A stretch of DNA of 49,903 bases from IMG/VR virus record IMGVR_UViG_3300017780_002852, positions 1-49,903 of that record. One strand, 5' to 3'. Made by a program: the position numbers and the translations under genes. The first letter of the stretch is position 1, and each line of letters begins with the position of its first letter. This stretch comes from a virus. Lineage: Duplodnaviria > Caudoviricetes. The notes beneath the pieces were generated by a model. That model ran no database searches. It was not told the origin of the DNA and worked only from the letters and a program-made list of their open reading frames with translations. Below are positions 1 to 8,261 of the stretch, in pieces.

Positions 1-123
1 CGAGCAATCGGGGCAAAGTACGTCTCCCCGGCTGCAATCTCCTTGATACGCTGTTCAGGGTTGAAGTCCCCGATCAGGAGAGGAAAGAGGGACCCACCTT
101 GCCAAGCTTCAGTCAGGCCGGGA
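1..123. repeat. Exact 123-bp direct repeat with window end (circular assembly overlap)
   Basis: 1-123 is identical to 49781-49903; an ORF reads in frame across the join. Confidence 0.95.
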
Positions 124-506
124 CCACGAAGACGACCATCAGGTTGAACAGTCGGCTCAGCCGAGACCAAGGTCCACGACATATTGTCGTCGCGAAGACC
201 AAACCTGTTCTTGCGAACGGGGGCACGGGCTGTGTAGTACAACGCGTTCCTGTGGCGAATGAACCCAAGAGGATACGGACCAAGACTGAAGTCCTCTTCC
301 TTGGTCTTGGCAAGGTTGACGTGGTCACGCCGCCCGCCGTATTTGGGGTCAATGTACTGCACGTCAGCCAGCACTTCACCAGCCCTGCCTCCCACGTATT
401 GGCGGATGTAGACCCACTCGCCCTTGTAGAGAGCAAGGCAATTGTTGATCTTCTCTTGCGCGTCTTTGGCGTTACCAGAGACGTACTTTTCGATAACAGA
501 AACCAC
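1..506 (-). CDS. 5' part of a 220-aa hypothetical protein in the amidoligase cluster (continues at 49780-49624)
   Basis: Manual translation: GTG at 506 after AAAGGTAG, MVSVIEKYVSG...LALYKGEWVYI...PLGFI; open through the junction; absent from the ORF track because it is split. Confidence 0.8.
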   Translation of the reverse strand, partial: MVSVIEKYVSGNAKDAQEKINNCLALYKGEWVYIRQYVGGRAGEVLADVQYIDPKYGGRRDHVNLAKTKEEDFSLGPYPLGFIRHRNALYYTARAPVRKNRFGLRDDNMSWTLVSAEPTVQPDGRLRGPGLTEAWQGGSLFPLLIGDFNPEQRIKEIAAGETYFAPIA

Positions 507-520
507 AGGTTTCTACCTTT

Positions 521-1276
521 CTAGCCGTTGATGCGGCGTTGGACATCTTCAGCGCGGAGCTGCATGAACTGGCACTTGGGGCCGTTGTTGAAGAAGTCCT
601 CGGCACCCTCGATAGCACCCCTGTACACGCGGCGCATGGTCTTCTCAGAGTTGAGCCACGCGTTGCTCAGGGTACGGTACTCGATGCCGTAGGGCTTCGG
701 ACGATACGCCCCAGCCTTGCCGTAGAGCTGACGACGGATAGGATCGCGGTCCCATTCGAGGGAGGGGATGCCCAAGGTCACGTCAAGGTTGCGCGCCAGA
801 CGCCCACACAGGAGCAGGTGGTCACGGTCAACCTCGTCAGTCACACGAGCCCAGCCGATGTGGACGTGCCCAGACGCCGTGCGGATGGTCTGCTCGGCAT
901 TCGGGGACGGGTTCTTGTCGAACGTGTACGCCGAATAGTCCGGGTTGCAGCCCAGCTCGATGGCTTGGCGAGGGAGCTTGGAGAAGTACGCCTTCTGGTA
1001 CTGCACATACGGAGCAAGGTGGAACATATAACGCTCCGGGATCATGGCACGAACCTGCTCCATGACTTCCTTGACGTTGTGAACGAACTCGTCCTCGGAA
1101 GAGGCCGGGTCGGTGTTGAACTCGACAGCGGTGCCATCAACCTGCACAGCGCCGTGCTTGAGGATGTGGGGCTGCTCCTTGGTGCCCGGCACAAGGTCGT
1201 GAGCCGAGCGGTACGCGCCGTTCACGGTGTCGATCAGGAAGAACTCAGGATCGCAACCGATGGTGAACTTGGTCAT
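521..1276 (-). CDS. phiEco32-like COOH-NH2 ligase type 2
   Basis: Motifs TIGCDPEFF, DGTAVEFN, GCNPD, GHVHIG, YGKAG-R-KPYGIEYRTLSN. Confidence 0.9.
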   Translation of the reverse strand: MTKFTIGCDPEFFLIDTVNGAYRSAHDLVPGTKEQPHILKHGAVQVDGTAVEFNTDPASSEDEFVHNVKEVMEQVRAMIPERYMFHLAPYVQYQKAYFSKLPRQAIELGCNPDYSAYTFDKNPSPNAEQTIRTASGHVHIGWARVTDEVDRDHLLLCGRLARNLDVTLGIPSLEWDRDPIRRQLYGKAGAYRPKPYGIEYRTLSNAWLNSEKTMRRVYRGAIEGAEDFFNNGPKCQFMQLRAEDVQRRING

Positions 1277-1294
1277 GTGTGATAGATGCCTTCT

Positions 1295-2506
1295 CTAGTT
1301 GATCTTGGCTGGGACTTGGGCGATGTGACGAAGGGATGCGTCGGTATTGCAGATGTTGCAAAGAACGTCTCCGGTGGCCCCAACACCACAGTCTTTCAAC
1401 TCGTGGGGCTCAACAGAATCCTTGCAACAGAAAGCGCAACCGTTGTCAGAGAGAAGCTTGGCAACAAGCAGGTCTCCGGTGAGGATGGGAACAAGGGGAT
1501 CAACGATCTTTGCAGTCTCTTCCTCGGGAATATCGCCAGAGGCCCATTCAGCATAGATACGGTTCAGAGCCGTGACAAGACCCTCAAACCGCTTGCGCTG
1601 AGGCTTGGCCCATTTGTGCCGAGTAGAATGGTCGAAGCCGATCAGTTGCATCTCCATCCCTTGGATCATATTCAGTGCCGCTTGTTGCGGTGAGACCCCT
1701 TTCGACGGTTTATACCGTGTCGAGACCGGACCAACCCCCCTTCCTCCAGTCGTAGGCGGGATAGCTTTTTTTTCCGGTTCCTTACCCCCCTCGATACGCG
1801 TGATCGTCACGGACTCAGCGATGGGCTTACCAGAAGCCAGATCGAGTTCCATGAGAGTGTCCTCTTCGAGCAGACGCGGAAACTGCTCCAAGGTCTCAAT
1901 GCCGTTGCGCTGAAGAACCCAGTAGAGCATCTGGCCTTCAGATGCCCAATAGATTTTCTTCTTGTCCTTGGAGAAGGCGTAGGACAGGCTGCGTTCCTTG
2001 TTGCGGACGAAGCCAAGCTTCTTGTTCTCAGCATCGAGAAGAGCCAAAGCCCACGCACCCCAGATTTTCGGGAGGACCTTGTCGATGCCCTCCTTGGAGA
2101 TGTTGTAGATCAGCTTCTCGGAGTCAATGGCCCCTTTCAGTTCATGGGGCAGATTACCCAAGGCTTGGAACGGGATCATACCGTTGTGCATACCGACGAG
2201 ATCGTTCCAGTAGAACGGGTGGGCGTCCTCGTGGTTGTACTTGGATTGCCAGTCCGACGTGGACTTGCGGGTGTGACCCATGAGCACGTCATTGCGCGTA
2301 GTGATCATGTTGTCCACACGCCTGAGATCGATGAACGTGGAGCTGGGGACAGCACGCTTGAAGATGTCAACGGTGCCCGTCTTGGTCTCGAACCCGCAGA
2401 GGCCAGAGGCGTCGTTGCCCCTGACTTGGCTGTGGTAGAGCAGCTCCTTGAAAACATCGGTATCCTTGTGACCAAGGTCACCGGCAACGCCTGCAAGTCC
2501 ACACAT
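1295..2506 (-). CDS. Class II (Ntn) glutamine amidotransferase with C-terminal Cys-rich extension
   Basis: N-terminal MCG, RG-DASG, GHTR, AHPF, HNG, DSE; C-terminal CAFC...CNIC. Confidence 0.9.
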   Translation of the reverse strand: MCGLAGVAGDLGHKDTDVFKELLYHSQVRGNDASGLCGFETKTGTVDIFKRAVPSSTFIDLRRVDNMITTRNDVLMGHTRKSTSDWQSKYNHEDAHPFYWNDLVGMHNGMIPFQALGNLPHELKGAIDSEKLIYNISKEGIDKVLPKIWGAWALALLDAENKKLGFVRNKERSLSYAFSKDKKKIYWASEGQMLYWVLQRNGIETLEQFPRLLEEDTLMELDLASGKPIAESVTITRIEGGKEPEKKAIPPTTGGRGVGPVSTRYKPSKGVSPQQAALNMIQGMEMQLIGFDHSTRHKWAKPQRKRFEGLVTALNRIYAEWASGDIPEEETAKIVDPLVPILTGDLLVAKLLSDNGCAFCCKDSVEPHELKDCGVGATGDVLCNICNTDASLRHIAQVPAKIN

Positions 2507-3207
2507 TAAACGTTGGCCTCCTTAAAGCCAAGACTGGGAAGAACGTATTTGTTGACGTAGTTCAGGAAGAGCGCCTGACAGTTGGGGTATCCTTGAAATT
2601 CAGGGTGAGGCTGGAAGCACAGGCTGCGGGTGCCGGGATACCACATGGCCTCGATGTCGATGCCGTCGTGTTCCCACTTGCACGCTTCGGGGATCAGCTT
2701 CTTCGTGTTGGTGCGCTTGCTGACGCCGTCACGGTCGATGGCATACGCCAGAAGCTTGAACGGAATGTTCTGATCAGGCGTAGGTGCACGCATCATCTGG
2801 TGGTGAGTGGACGAGCAGAAGTACGCCTTCTTGTCATCGACGGAGTAGACCGGGTGGTCCATGACGTGGTCTTCGACGTGTTGCCACAGCTTACCTCCGT
2901 TCATGACGTTAAGGAACTGCCCACCACGGCAGATACCGATGAACGCACGCTTGATGTTGTCACCCTTGTTGATCAGGCGGTGATAGATTGAAGTCTCCAC
3001 CGCATCACGTTCAGGGTTGTTGGCCGTCCGGTTGAGCTTGGGCTCACCATACAGGGAGGGTGAAACGTCAGAGCCCCCCGTGAAGAGGATGATGTCAGCT
3101 TCTTCGTGGTCGAAGGTCACCGCGCCGAACAGGCCAGCGAGGCGCTTGTATTCCCCGTTACCCCCCTCGACGTAGACCATGGGGACTTTCTGCTCAGGCT
3201 TAGACAT
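2506..3207 (-). CDS. Class I glutamine amidotransferase / gamma-glutamyl hydrolase (peptidase C26-like)
   Basis: FTGGSDVSPSLYG, GICRGGQ (nucleophile Cys), STHHQ, QPHPE. Confidence 0.9.
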   Translation of the reverse strand: MSKPEQKVPMVYVEGGNGEYKRLAGLFGAVTFDHEEADIILFTGGSDVSPSLYGEPKLNRTANNPERDAVETSIYHRLINKGDNIKRAFIGICRGGQFLNVMNGGKLWQHVEDHVMDHPVYSVDDKKAYFCSSTHHQMMRAPTPDQNIPFKLLAYAIDRDGVSKRTNTKKLIPEACKWEHDGIDIEAMWYPGTRSLCFQPHPEFQGYPNCQALFLNYVNKYVLPSLGFKEANV

Positions 3208-4075
3208 ACGGTTTCACCTTGTTATCCCAGTACCACTTGTTCAGCAGCACGGGGTTCTTGAATGTATTCTTCTCGGCAAAGTCGTTGCCGTAGCGGTCTT
3301 GCTCCCTCGGCTGCCAGCTGTCAGGACCCTTCTTCGTCACACCAAGGAACAGCTTATCGGAGCTACCCCCCATGAACGTCTTCGGAGACTTGCCAGACGC
3401 GAGACTTTTCTTCGGGTCTGGCGTGTAACCGGCTTTCAGATAGCAGACAGCGGTGTTGGGGTACACCGACGCAGAGAAGTTGTTGTGCCCGCCGCCCCAG
3501 CTTTCAGTGTGGAGCTTGCCACCGATAGAGAGAATGTGGTTGGCGGCAAAAACGTTCCAACGCAGCGGAAGGTCCTTGGTCTCAGGAGCTTCGAGAAACA
3601 TCCTGAGAGATTGCCGCGCGCCGTTGAACTCGTAGGCACGACGGTTGAACACCGCAAAGCACCCCATCTCAGGGAGGCTGAGGGTCTTGAACGCAGTCTC
3701 ACCGTACACGATGCCCATGTAGGCAATCAGCTTGGCGCGATCCTCGGGAGTATCGTAGCCCTCCAGCTGTTCAGGCATGGCATCAAGCCACGGCTGCCAC
3801 GGGGAGTCAGGATGGGTGACCGCGTGGTACGTGTAGAACTCACGTTCAGCGAGGTCTTTGTTGTGGCCATGGCCAATGTACCCCGGGAGGAACCAGAACG
3901 GAAGCATCCCCTTGTCACAGGCGTAGTCGAAGCCTGCATAACAGCCCGTGCCGTGGCTGTCCAGATCAAAGCCGGTGCGAAACCCCAACCCGGCACACCC
4001 CACAGGGGCATCGTTGGAGTCCTTTTTGAATTTGTTGAGCAACTTCTCAACAAACTTGTTTCTCACGTCAATCAT
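3200..4075 (-). CDS. Hypothetical protein within amidoligase cluster
   Basis: 291-aa ORF overlapping both neighbours; no motif recognised. Confidence 0.75.
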   Translation of the reverse strand: MIDVRNKFVEKLLNKFKKDSNDAPVGCAGLGFRTGFDLDSHGTGCYAGFDYACDKGMLPFWFLPGYIGHGHNKDLAEREFYTYHAVTHPDSPWQPWLDAMPEQLEGYDTPEDRAKLIAYMGIVYGETAFKTLSLPEMGCFAVFNRRAYEFNGARQSLRMFLEAPETKDLPLRWNVFAANHILSIGGKLHTESWGGGHNNFSASVYPNTAVCYLKAGYTPDPKKSLASGKSPKTFMGGSSDKLFLGVTKKGPDSWQPREQDRYGNDFAEKNTFKNPVLLNKWYWDNKVKPYV

Positions 4076-4454
4076 GAGTGCGAACCCATGCTGCTACGTC
4101 TCCTTTGTAACGAACGTTTTGGTATTTCAGATGCCCACCTTTGGGCAGCTCTTCCTGAAGATACATCCACGCTTCAGGCATTCCGATGATACGAACCGGT
4201 TGGCGTTTGTACCACTGAGGATGCCCCTCCAGCCGGTCGAGCTGTGATAGATAAGCCACGTCCAGCACCCGGTACATCTCCACCTCAATGAGATGGGTAG
4301 CCGGTGCCTTGAAGACAATGGGGAAGCGGCCAGCTGACGCCATATGATAGCGATCAGCAGTCACAAAAGTACCCACGTAGCGAAAGCCGCGTGGGTCCAT
4401 CATGTGATTATTGTGGAAGCCTTTCTTGAGGCTACCGTATACGGCAATGTGCAT
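4068..4454 (-). CDS. Gamma-glutamylcyclotransferase (AIG2-like)
   Basis: AVYGSLKKG-N, LDRLEG-P-Y-R, AWMY. Confidence 0.9.
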   Translation of the reverse strand: MHIAVYGSLKKGFHNNHMMDPRGFRYVGTFVTADRYHMASAGRFPIVFKAPATHLIEVEMYRVLDVAYLSQLDRLEGHPQWYKRQPVRIIGMPEAWMYLQEELPKGGHLKYQNVRYKGDVAAWVRTHD

Positions 4455-4693
4455 CAGTCCTCCACCAGACCAAGCATATACGAGATAGCGCCGACAGAGG
4501 CGACGATGGAGATGAGGCCGAGGAGGAAAGCGAGGAGACCAGCCAGAAAGGCTGCGCCCGGTGCCCCACCAGCCCCAGCAAGCTCAGCTTGATTGCCGAA
4601 GTAGATGGTGGCTGCAATAAGGATAGCACAGCCAAACACCATCAGCCCGGAGTTGCCAATATGCTTGGCAAAAGCCAAAACGCGGTTCTTCAT
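4454..4693 (-). CDS. Small membrane protein (2 TM)
   Basis: Two hydrophobic stretches; abuts GGCT start. Confidence 0.7.
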   Translation of the reverse strand: MKNRVLAFAKHIGNSGLMVFGCAILIAATIYFGNQAELAGAGGAPGAAFLAGLLAFLLGLISIVASVGAISYMLGLVED

Positions 4694-4702
4694 GCGAGTC
4701 CC

Positions 4703-5005
4703 CTAATCTTTGACGGCTTTACTGTGCCCGACACGCAGCGACATGAGCACGGTCCATAGCGCCGACTGGTATTCCATGAAACGAGCAGCTGCCGTGGCTT
4801 CAAGCTGTCGCCAAGGGTGCTTCCCAAAAAGGAGGGACGTACCTGAGCTATGCTGATATATTGCTTGGGCTTGCTGCCAGTCTTGACGAGCTTTGGTTGT
4901 CCGCTCATAGTACTGCTCCAAATGCAAAGGAGACAGCTTTGTGGCTGCCTCCTTGTCCCAGTTCCTCTCTAGAAGGTCAACTGGGATTACTTTTGTCTTG
5001 CTCAC
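4703..5005 (-). CDS. Hypothetical protein
   Basis: First ORF downstream of the sigma70 promoter at 5074-5101. Confidence 0.65.
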   Translation of the reverse strand: MSKTKVIPVDLLERNWDKEAATKLSPLHLEQYYERTTKARQDWQQAQAIYQHSSGTSLLFGKHPWRQLEATAAARFMEYQSALWTVLMSLRVGHSKAVKD

Positions 5006-5073
5006 TAGCTGGTTAGTTACCTGCTGCTAGCTATCCTATATAATAGGTATCCAACGGCGGACCCTACATATAT

Positions 5074-5101
5074 ATTATAGCAGATTTCTAGAAGTTGTCA
5101 A
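5074..5101 (-). promoter_or_regulatory. sigma70-type promoter for amidoligase operon
   Basis: TTGACA-16nt-TATAAT with TG extended -10 on minus strand. Confidence 0.8.
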
Positions 5102-5283
5102 GCGTCAGGGTGTCGCAGGGGATTATCCGCTTGGAGGACCTGAATCAGTCTGTGTGAAACATCTGGGTTCTGCTTTCGTGACCTCTTGTAAGCCTCTTGA
5201 GCTTGCCCCAAGTTTGAGGATTTCATGACTTCATAGGGCATTCCATCGTTATACCCTATGAACTCCACAACAAATTTGGTCAT
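5098..5283 (-). CDS. Hypothetical protein
   Basis: MTKFVVEFIG..., ATG overlaps upstream stop, GAGGTGG RBS. Confidence 0.6.
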   Translation of the reverse strand: MTKFVVEFIGYNDGMPYEVMKSSNLGQAQEAYKRSRKQNPDVSHRLIQVLQADNPLRHPDA

Positions 5284-5558
5284 TCCACCACCTCGCAGAA
5301 GCTCACCCACTTGGCGTCAGTCCTCATAACGTGGTTACGCAGATCGACGTTGGAGGTGTATTGCTCCACCGTTATGACAGGCTGCTGCAAGGCACGGCAG
5401 GCATCTTCCCGGAGGACCCAAGCCTTGCCCTCAGCGCCCAAATATACGGGCACGTACCGAGTCTGGCAGGCTGTCAGGATCATCAGGAGCAGGACCAGCA
5501 GCATCCCCCGCAGCAACAGCAGCGTCTGCGGCTTCCCTTGATTGACGTTCGAGTTCAT
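5280..5558 (-). CDS. Lipoprotein, putative o-spanin (Rz1-like)
   Basis: Hydrophobic signal ending in lipobox LTAC; overlaps the 3' half of the upstream TM gene in another frame; GGAG RBS. Confidence 0.65.
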   Translation of the reverse strand: MNSNVNQGKPQTLLLLRGMLLVLLLMILTACQTRYVPVYLGAEGKAWVLREDACRALQQPVITVEQYTSNVDLRNHVMRTDAKWVSFCEVVE

Positions 5559-5706
5559 TGTTGGCTTTCTCCACTTCAACAGCCTTGGTGACTTCTTCGT
5601 TGGCTTGCTTGACGCTCTGGTCAGCCTTCCCCGCGTGATAGATACACCACAACAGGGTGATGACAGCGAGCCCGATAAGCCCATAGGCGATCAGCTGCTG
5701 TTCCAT
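5431..5706 (-). CDS. Putative i-spanin (Rz-like)
   Basis: N-terminal TM helix followed by Ala/Glu/Lys-rich helical region and Pro/Asp tail. Confidence 0.6.
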   Translation of the reverse strand: MEQQLIAYGLIGLAVITLLWCIYHAGKADQSVKQANEEVTKAVEVEKANNELERQSREAADAAVAAGDAAGPAPDDPDSLPDSVRARIFGR

Positions 5707-5707
5707 G

Positions 5708-5896
5708 CTAGTAAACATCCCAGATTGCGGTCAAGATGGCAAAGAGGAACACAGCTACCCCCAGCACCGCCAAGATAAGGAGGTAGACGCTCAAGAAGAT
5801 GAGGTTACGAGTGACCACGCTTGCGATGAACGAAGCAGGTGCTGCCACGATAAGGGCCGTGACGGCCAGCCTGCTGATAAATTCTGTCAGGGTCAT
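5708..5896 (-). CDS. Small membrane protein
   Basis: 62 aa, two hydrophobic helices. Confidence 0.65.
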   Translation of the reverse strand: MTLTEFISRLAVTALIVAAPASFIASVVTRNLIFLSVYLLILAVLGVAVFLFAILTAIWDVY

Positions 5897-5899
5897 GAG

Positions 5900-6286
5900 T
5901 TACCCGATGAACTTCTGCCAGAGGGTGTAGACGAAGCCAAGGTCCTTGTTGACCAAGGTGATCCACATGCCCGTCGAGCACATGGCGTTGATCATCCCGA
6001 GAACGGCGATGACGCCCGAAACCCACTGGAGGATGAACCAGCCGATGTAGTCATCAAAGTCCGCGTAGCCGTCGTTTTTGTCCTTCTCGCGGGAGATATG
6101 CCCGGTGGTGAAGACGGCGATGCCGACGAAGAGCGTGATGAAGACCACGTTCGTGATCAGACCGATCACGGCGGCAAGGAAGTTCACGTTGACCGCGAGT
6201 TCATAGGCTTTCGGGGCGATGTCCACCACCCCCTTCTCGATGCCGTCGAGGTATTCCAGAAGCTTGTCTTGCAGAGCTTGTTCCAC
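5900..6286 (-). CDS. Membrane protein (2 TM)
   Basis: GGAG RBS, two hydrophobic segments. Confidence 0.75.
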   Translation of the reverse strand: MEQALQDKLLEYLDGIEKGVVDIAPKAYELAVNVNFLAAVIGLITNVVFITLFVGIAVFTTGHISREKDKNDGYADFDDYIGWFILQWVSGVIAVLGMINAMCSTGMWITLVNKDLGFVYTLWQKFIG

Positions 6287-6310
6287 AGTTATCTCCGATT
6301 GCGCAACATG

Positions 6311-6339
6311 AAAACCCCTACAGCAAATGCCGTAAGGGC
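6311..6339 (-). terminator. Probable intrinsic terminator
   Basis: CCCTTACGGCA-TT-TGCTGTAGGGG-TTTT on minus strand. Confidence 0.55.
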
Positions 6340-6385
6340 CAGTATGTATTCCATTTTTTAGCTAGTCGGTCCCGCGTGTGATAGA

Positions 6386-6490
6386 TTACTTGTGGGGCTG
6401 CCAGCAATTGCAGTCCTGCGCCGGATAGAAGCAGAACTGACAGCGAACGACGGGCGTATAGTTCGTCGTTGAGAGAAGGCGATAGCGCAT
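6386..6490 (-). CDS. 34-aa Cys-rich peptide
   Basis: MRYRLLSTTNYTPVVRCQFCFYPAQDCNCWQPHK; ATG overlaps the upstream TAA; manual translation. Confidence 0.45.
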   Translation of the reverse strand: MRYRLLSTTNYTPVVRCQFCFYPAQDCNCWQPHK

Positions 6491-6684
6491 TAGTGTTGTT
6501 TCCCTTTCCTAGGGGTTACGTCAATGAGACAGCGAAAGCCGCGAGAGCGAACACGCTCCGCGACCTTCACAGCGTTCACATAGTCCCCGTAAATGAACGC
6601 CTGACAAGCGCGTCCATTCACGGTGTACACCAGCTTGTAGTATTCCATAGGGCTAGGCGGCGACCATCGCCTTGCCGCAACCAT
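6490..6684 (-). CDS. Early hypothetical protein (start may be the internal ATG of MEYYK)
   Basis: ORF in tightly packed early cluster. Confidence 0.5.
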   Translation of the reverse strand: MVAARRWSPPSPMEYYKLVYTVNGRACQAFIYGDYVNAVKVAERVRSRGFRCLIDVTPRKGKQH

Positions 6685-6907
6685 GGCGACCGACCTGCGG
6701 CTGGTTGCTCGGCGGGATGATCTTCACGAGGCCGGGGCGCTTGGCCATGCGGTCGGTGGCGTCGATGCAGTACTTGACCGCGTCGGCGTGGCTGCCCTTG
6801 TGGGCCAACACGATGGTCTGGCCCTGAACAAGCTTGCCCTTCTTCATGTAGACCGGCGGGATGAACACAATCTTGTGCATGAAGTTGTCAGCATAGGTCG
6901 ATTTCAT
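6653..6907 (-). CDS. Early hypothetical protein
   Basis: AAAGGGA RBS, biased codon usage. Confidence 0.7.
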   Translation of the reverse strand: MKSTYADNFMHKIVFIPPVYMKKGKLVQGQTIVLAHKGSHADAVKYCIDATDRMAKRPGLVKIIPPSNQPQVGRHGCGKAMVAA

Positions 6908-6927
6908 TTGGCAGTTCCCTTTGTTGA

Positions 6928-6957
6928 AGGCGCTAAGCGCCCGCCCTTGTGATAGAT
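6928..6957 (-). promoter_or_regulatory. Conserved intergenic element, copy 1
   Basis: AGGCGCTAAGCGCCCGC-N4-GTGATAGAT (+ strand), repeated at 7334-7363. Confidence 0.7.
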
Positions 6958-6958
6958 G

Positions 6959-7165
6959 TTAACGACGACTGTAGGCGCGATACGCGCGATACGACGTGGT
7001 GCTAAGCTCTTTCTTGAGTTCTTTCACCTCAACAATAAGAAGCCTCATACCGTCAATAAGGCTTTTGACTGCGTAGGTGTACTCTCCTTCATCAGGAGGG
7101 ATGTTTTGGACAATGCTCTCCGCAACGCGAAGCCGCGCTTCCAAGTGATCAAGGTGTGCGCTCAT
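6959..7165 (-). CDS. Early hypothetical protein (coiled-coil)
   Basis: MSAHLDHLEARL..., ATGA overlap with upstream ORF. Confidence 0.6.
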   Translation of the reverse strand: MSAHLDHLEARLRVAESIVQNIPPDEGEYTYAVKSLIDGMRLLIVEVKELKKELSTTSYRAYRAYSRR

Positions 7166-7317
7166 GCCTTGGCTGTCACGTCTTGGTGGGCAACCCAGCC
7201 TGCCCTCACCTGCCGGTTTGCTTCTTGCACATCCTTGCTTTTGCAATTCCACCCGACAGTCCCCTCACGCAGCGCGATCTCACGCAGCATGTAACCAATC
7301 TGAAACCACGTAATCAT
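7162..7317 (-). CDS. 51-aa early hypothetical protein
   Basis: MITWFQIGYMLREIALREG...; AAGGG RBS; manual translation. Confidence 0.55.
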   Translation of the reverse strand: MITWFQIGYMLREIALREGTVGWNCKSKDVQEANRQVRAGWVAHQDVTAKA

Positions 7318-7333
7318 GGCGTACCCTTGCGTT

Positions 7334-7363
7334 AGGCGCTAAGCGCCCGCATGTGTGATAGAT
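7334..7363 (-). promoter_or_regulatory. Conserved intergenic element, copy 2
   Basis: Same 17-bp + N4 + 9-bp arrangement as 6928-6957. Confidence 0.7.
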
Positions 7364-7371
7364 ACCGACGC

Positions 7372-7405
7372 AAAAAAGCCCACGCCCCGTGAAGGGCGCA
7401 GGCTT
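7372..7405 (-). terminator. Intrinsic terminator
   Basis: AAGCCTGCGCCC-TTCAC-GGGGCGTGGGCTTTTTT on minus strand after 7428. Confidence 0.8.
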
Positions 7406-7427
7406 CAGTTTGCGGGGGAGGGTAGGG

Positions 7428-7973
7428 TTAGGCGGCTTTCGGGACCAGCTTCAGGCCGTGCGCGGGTTTCACCTCGCTCAGCGCCTTGATATAGGCTTGC
7501 GCGGCGGGAATGTCGAGATCAGCCGCGACGCGGTCGTTCTCAATCGCCTTGTCCAGCCGTTTCGCGAGGCGTTCAATCGCCTTCACGATGGCGTCAGCAT
7601 CCATCGCGCGCGGGTCTTTCTCCGCCGTGTGGTCCCAGTACATGACAGCCGCGAGGCCGTCGAGGTTCCAATCGGTAAAGCCCTTTTCCTCAGGCTTGAG
7701 GATGCGCGATCCCTTTTCCACCGCCACGTCATCCTTCAGTTTCAGGCGGATGGGCGTGAAGTCATACAGCCACGCCGTAAAGGCTTTCTTCCGGGTCGCC
7801 GTGTGGAGCGCGTTGTAAAGGTCAACAAACAGCGTCATATCGCCGTGTTCCTTCGCGTGTGCCGCCATACCGAGAGAGGTCGAATGGATCAACTCGGCAA
7901 GCTTGCCCCCCATTGCCGCGATTTGACGGATGGAAGAGCGGAAGGCTTTCTTAGTGTCAGACATGGGTAGCAT
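7428..7973 (-). CDS. Conserved early phage protein (HGD-motif family)
   Basis: SIRQI...HAKEHGDMT...RKKAFTAW pattern recalled from early proteins of other podophages; function unknown. Confidence 0.8.
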   Translation of the reverse strand: MLPMSDTKKAFRSSIRQIAAMGGKLAELIHSTSLGMAAHAKEHGDMTLFVDLYNALHTATRKKAFTAWLYDFTPIRLKLKDDVAVEKGSRILKPEEKGFTDWNLDGLAAVMYWDHTAEKDPRAMDADAIVKAIERLAKRLDKAIENDRVAADLDIPAAQAYIKALSEVKPAHGLKLVPKAA

Positions 7974-7988
7974 CCTTGCAAAAGGGCT

Positions 7989-8261
7989 CTAGCGATTGCT
8001 AAAGCGTTTGGGGTTGGCGGGCGTGATAGATTCGAACCGTTCGGTTCTCCCATAAGGCGAATGCCCGCCGCGTGCGCCTTTGGATTGGAGATGCTGCGTT
8101 GTCATAGGGGAAGCAATGTCGCTTTCCCGTTTCACCTCACGCAGCGAAATGTGCAGATTGTCATTGACTTGCGAGGCACGCCACATGGCGCCTAGCTTTG
8201 CCAGCTTGCGTTCCCGTTTCCCGGGTCGGATGTGCTTACCCACGGGGAATAACCATATCAA
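7989..8261 (-). CDS. Basic early hypothetical protein (start uncertain)
   Basis: ORF fills the gap between early genes. Confidence 0.45.
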   Translation of the reverse strand: MIWLFPVGKHIRPGKRERKLAKLGAMWRASQVNDNLHISLREVKRESDIASPMTTQHLQSKGARGGHSPYGRTERFESITPANPKRFSNR

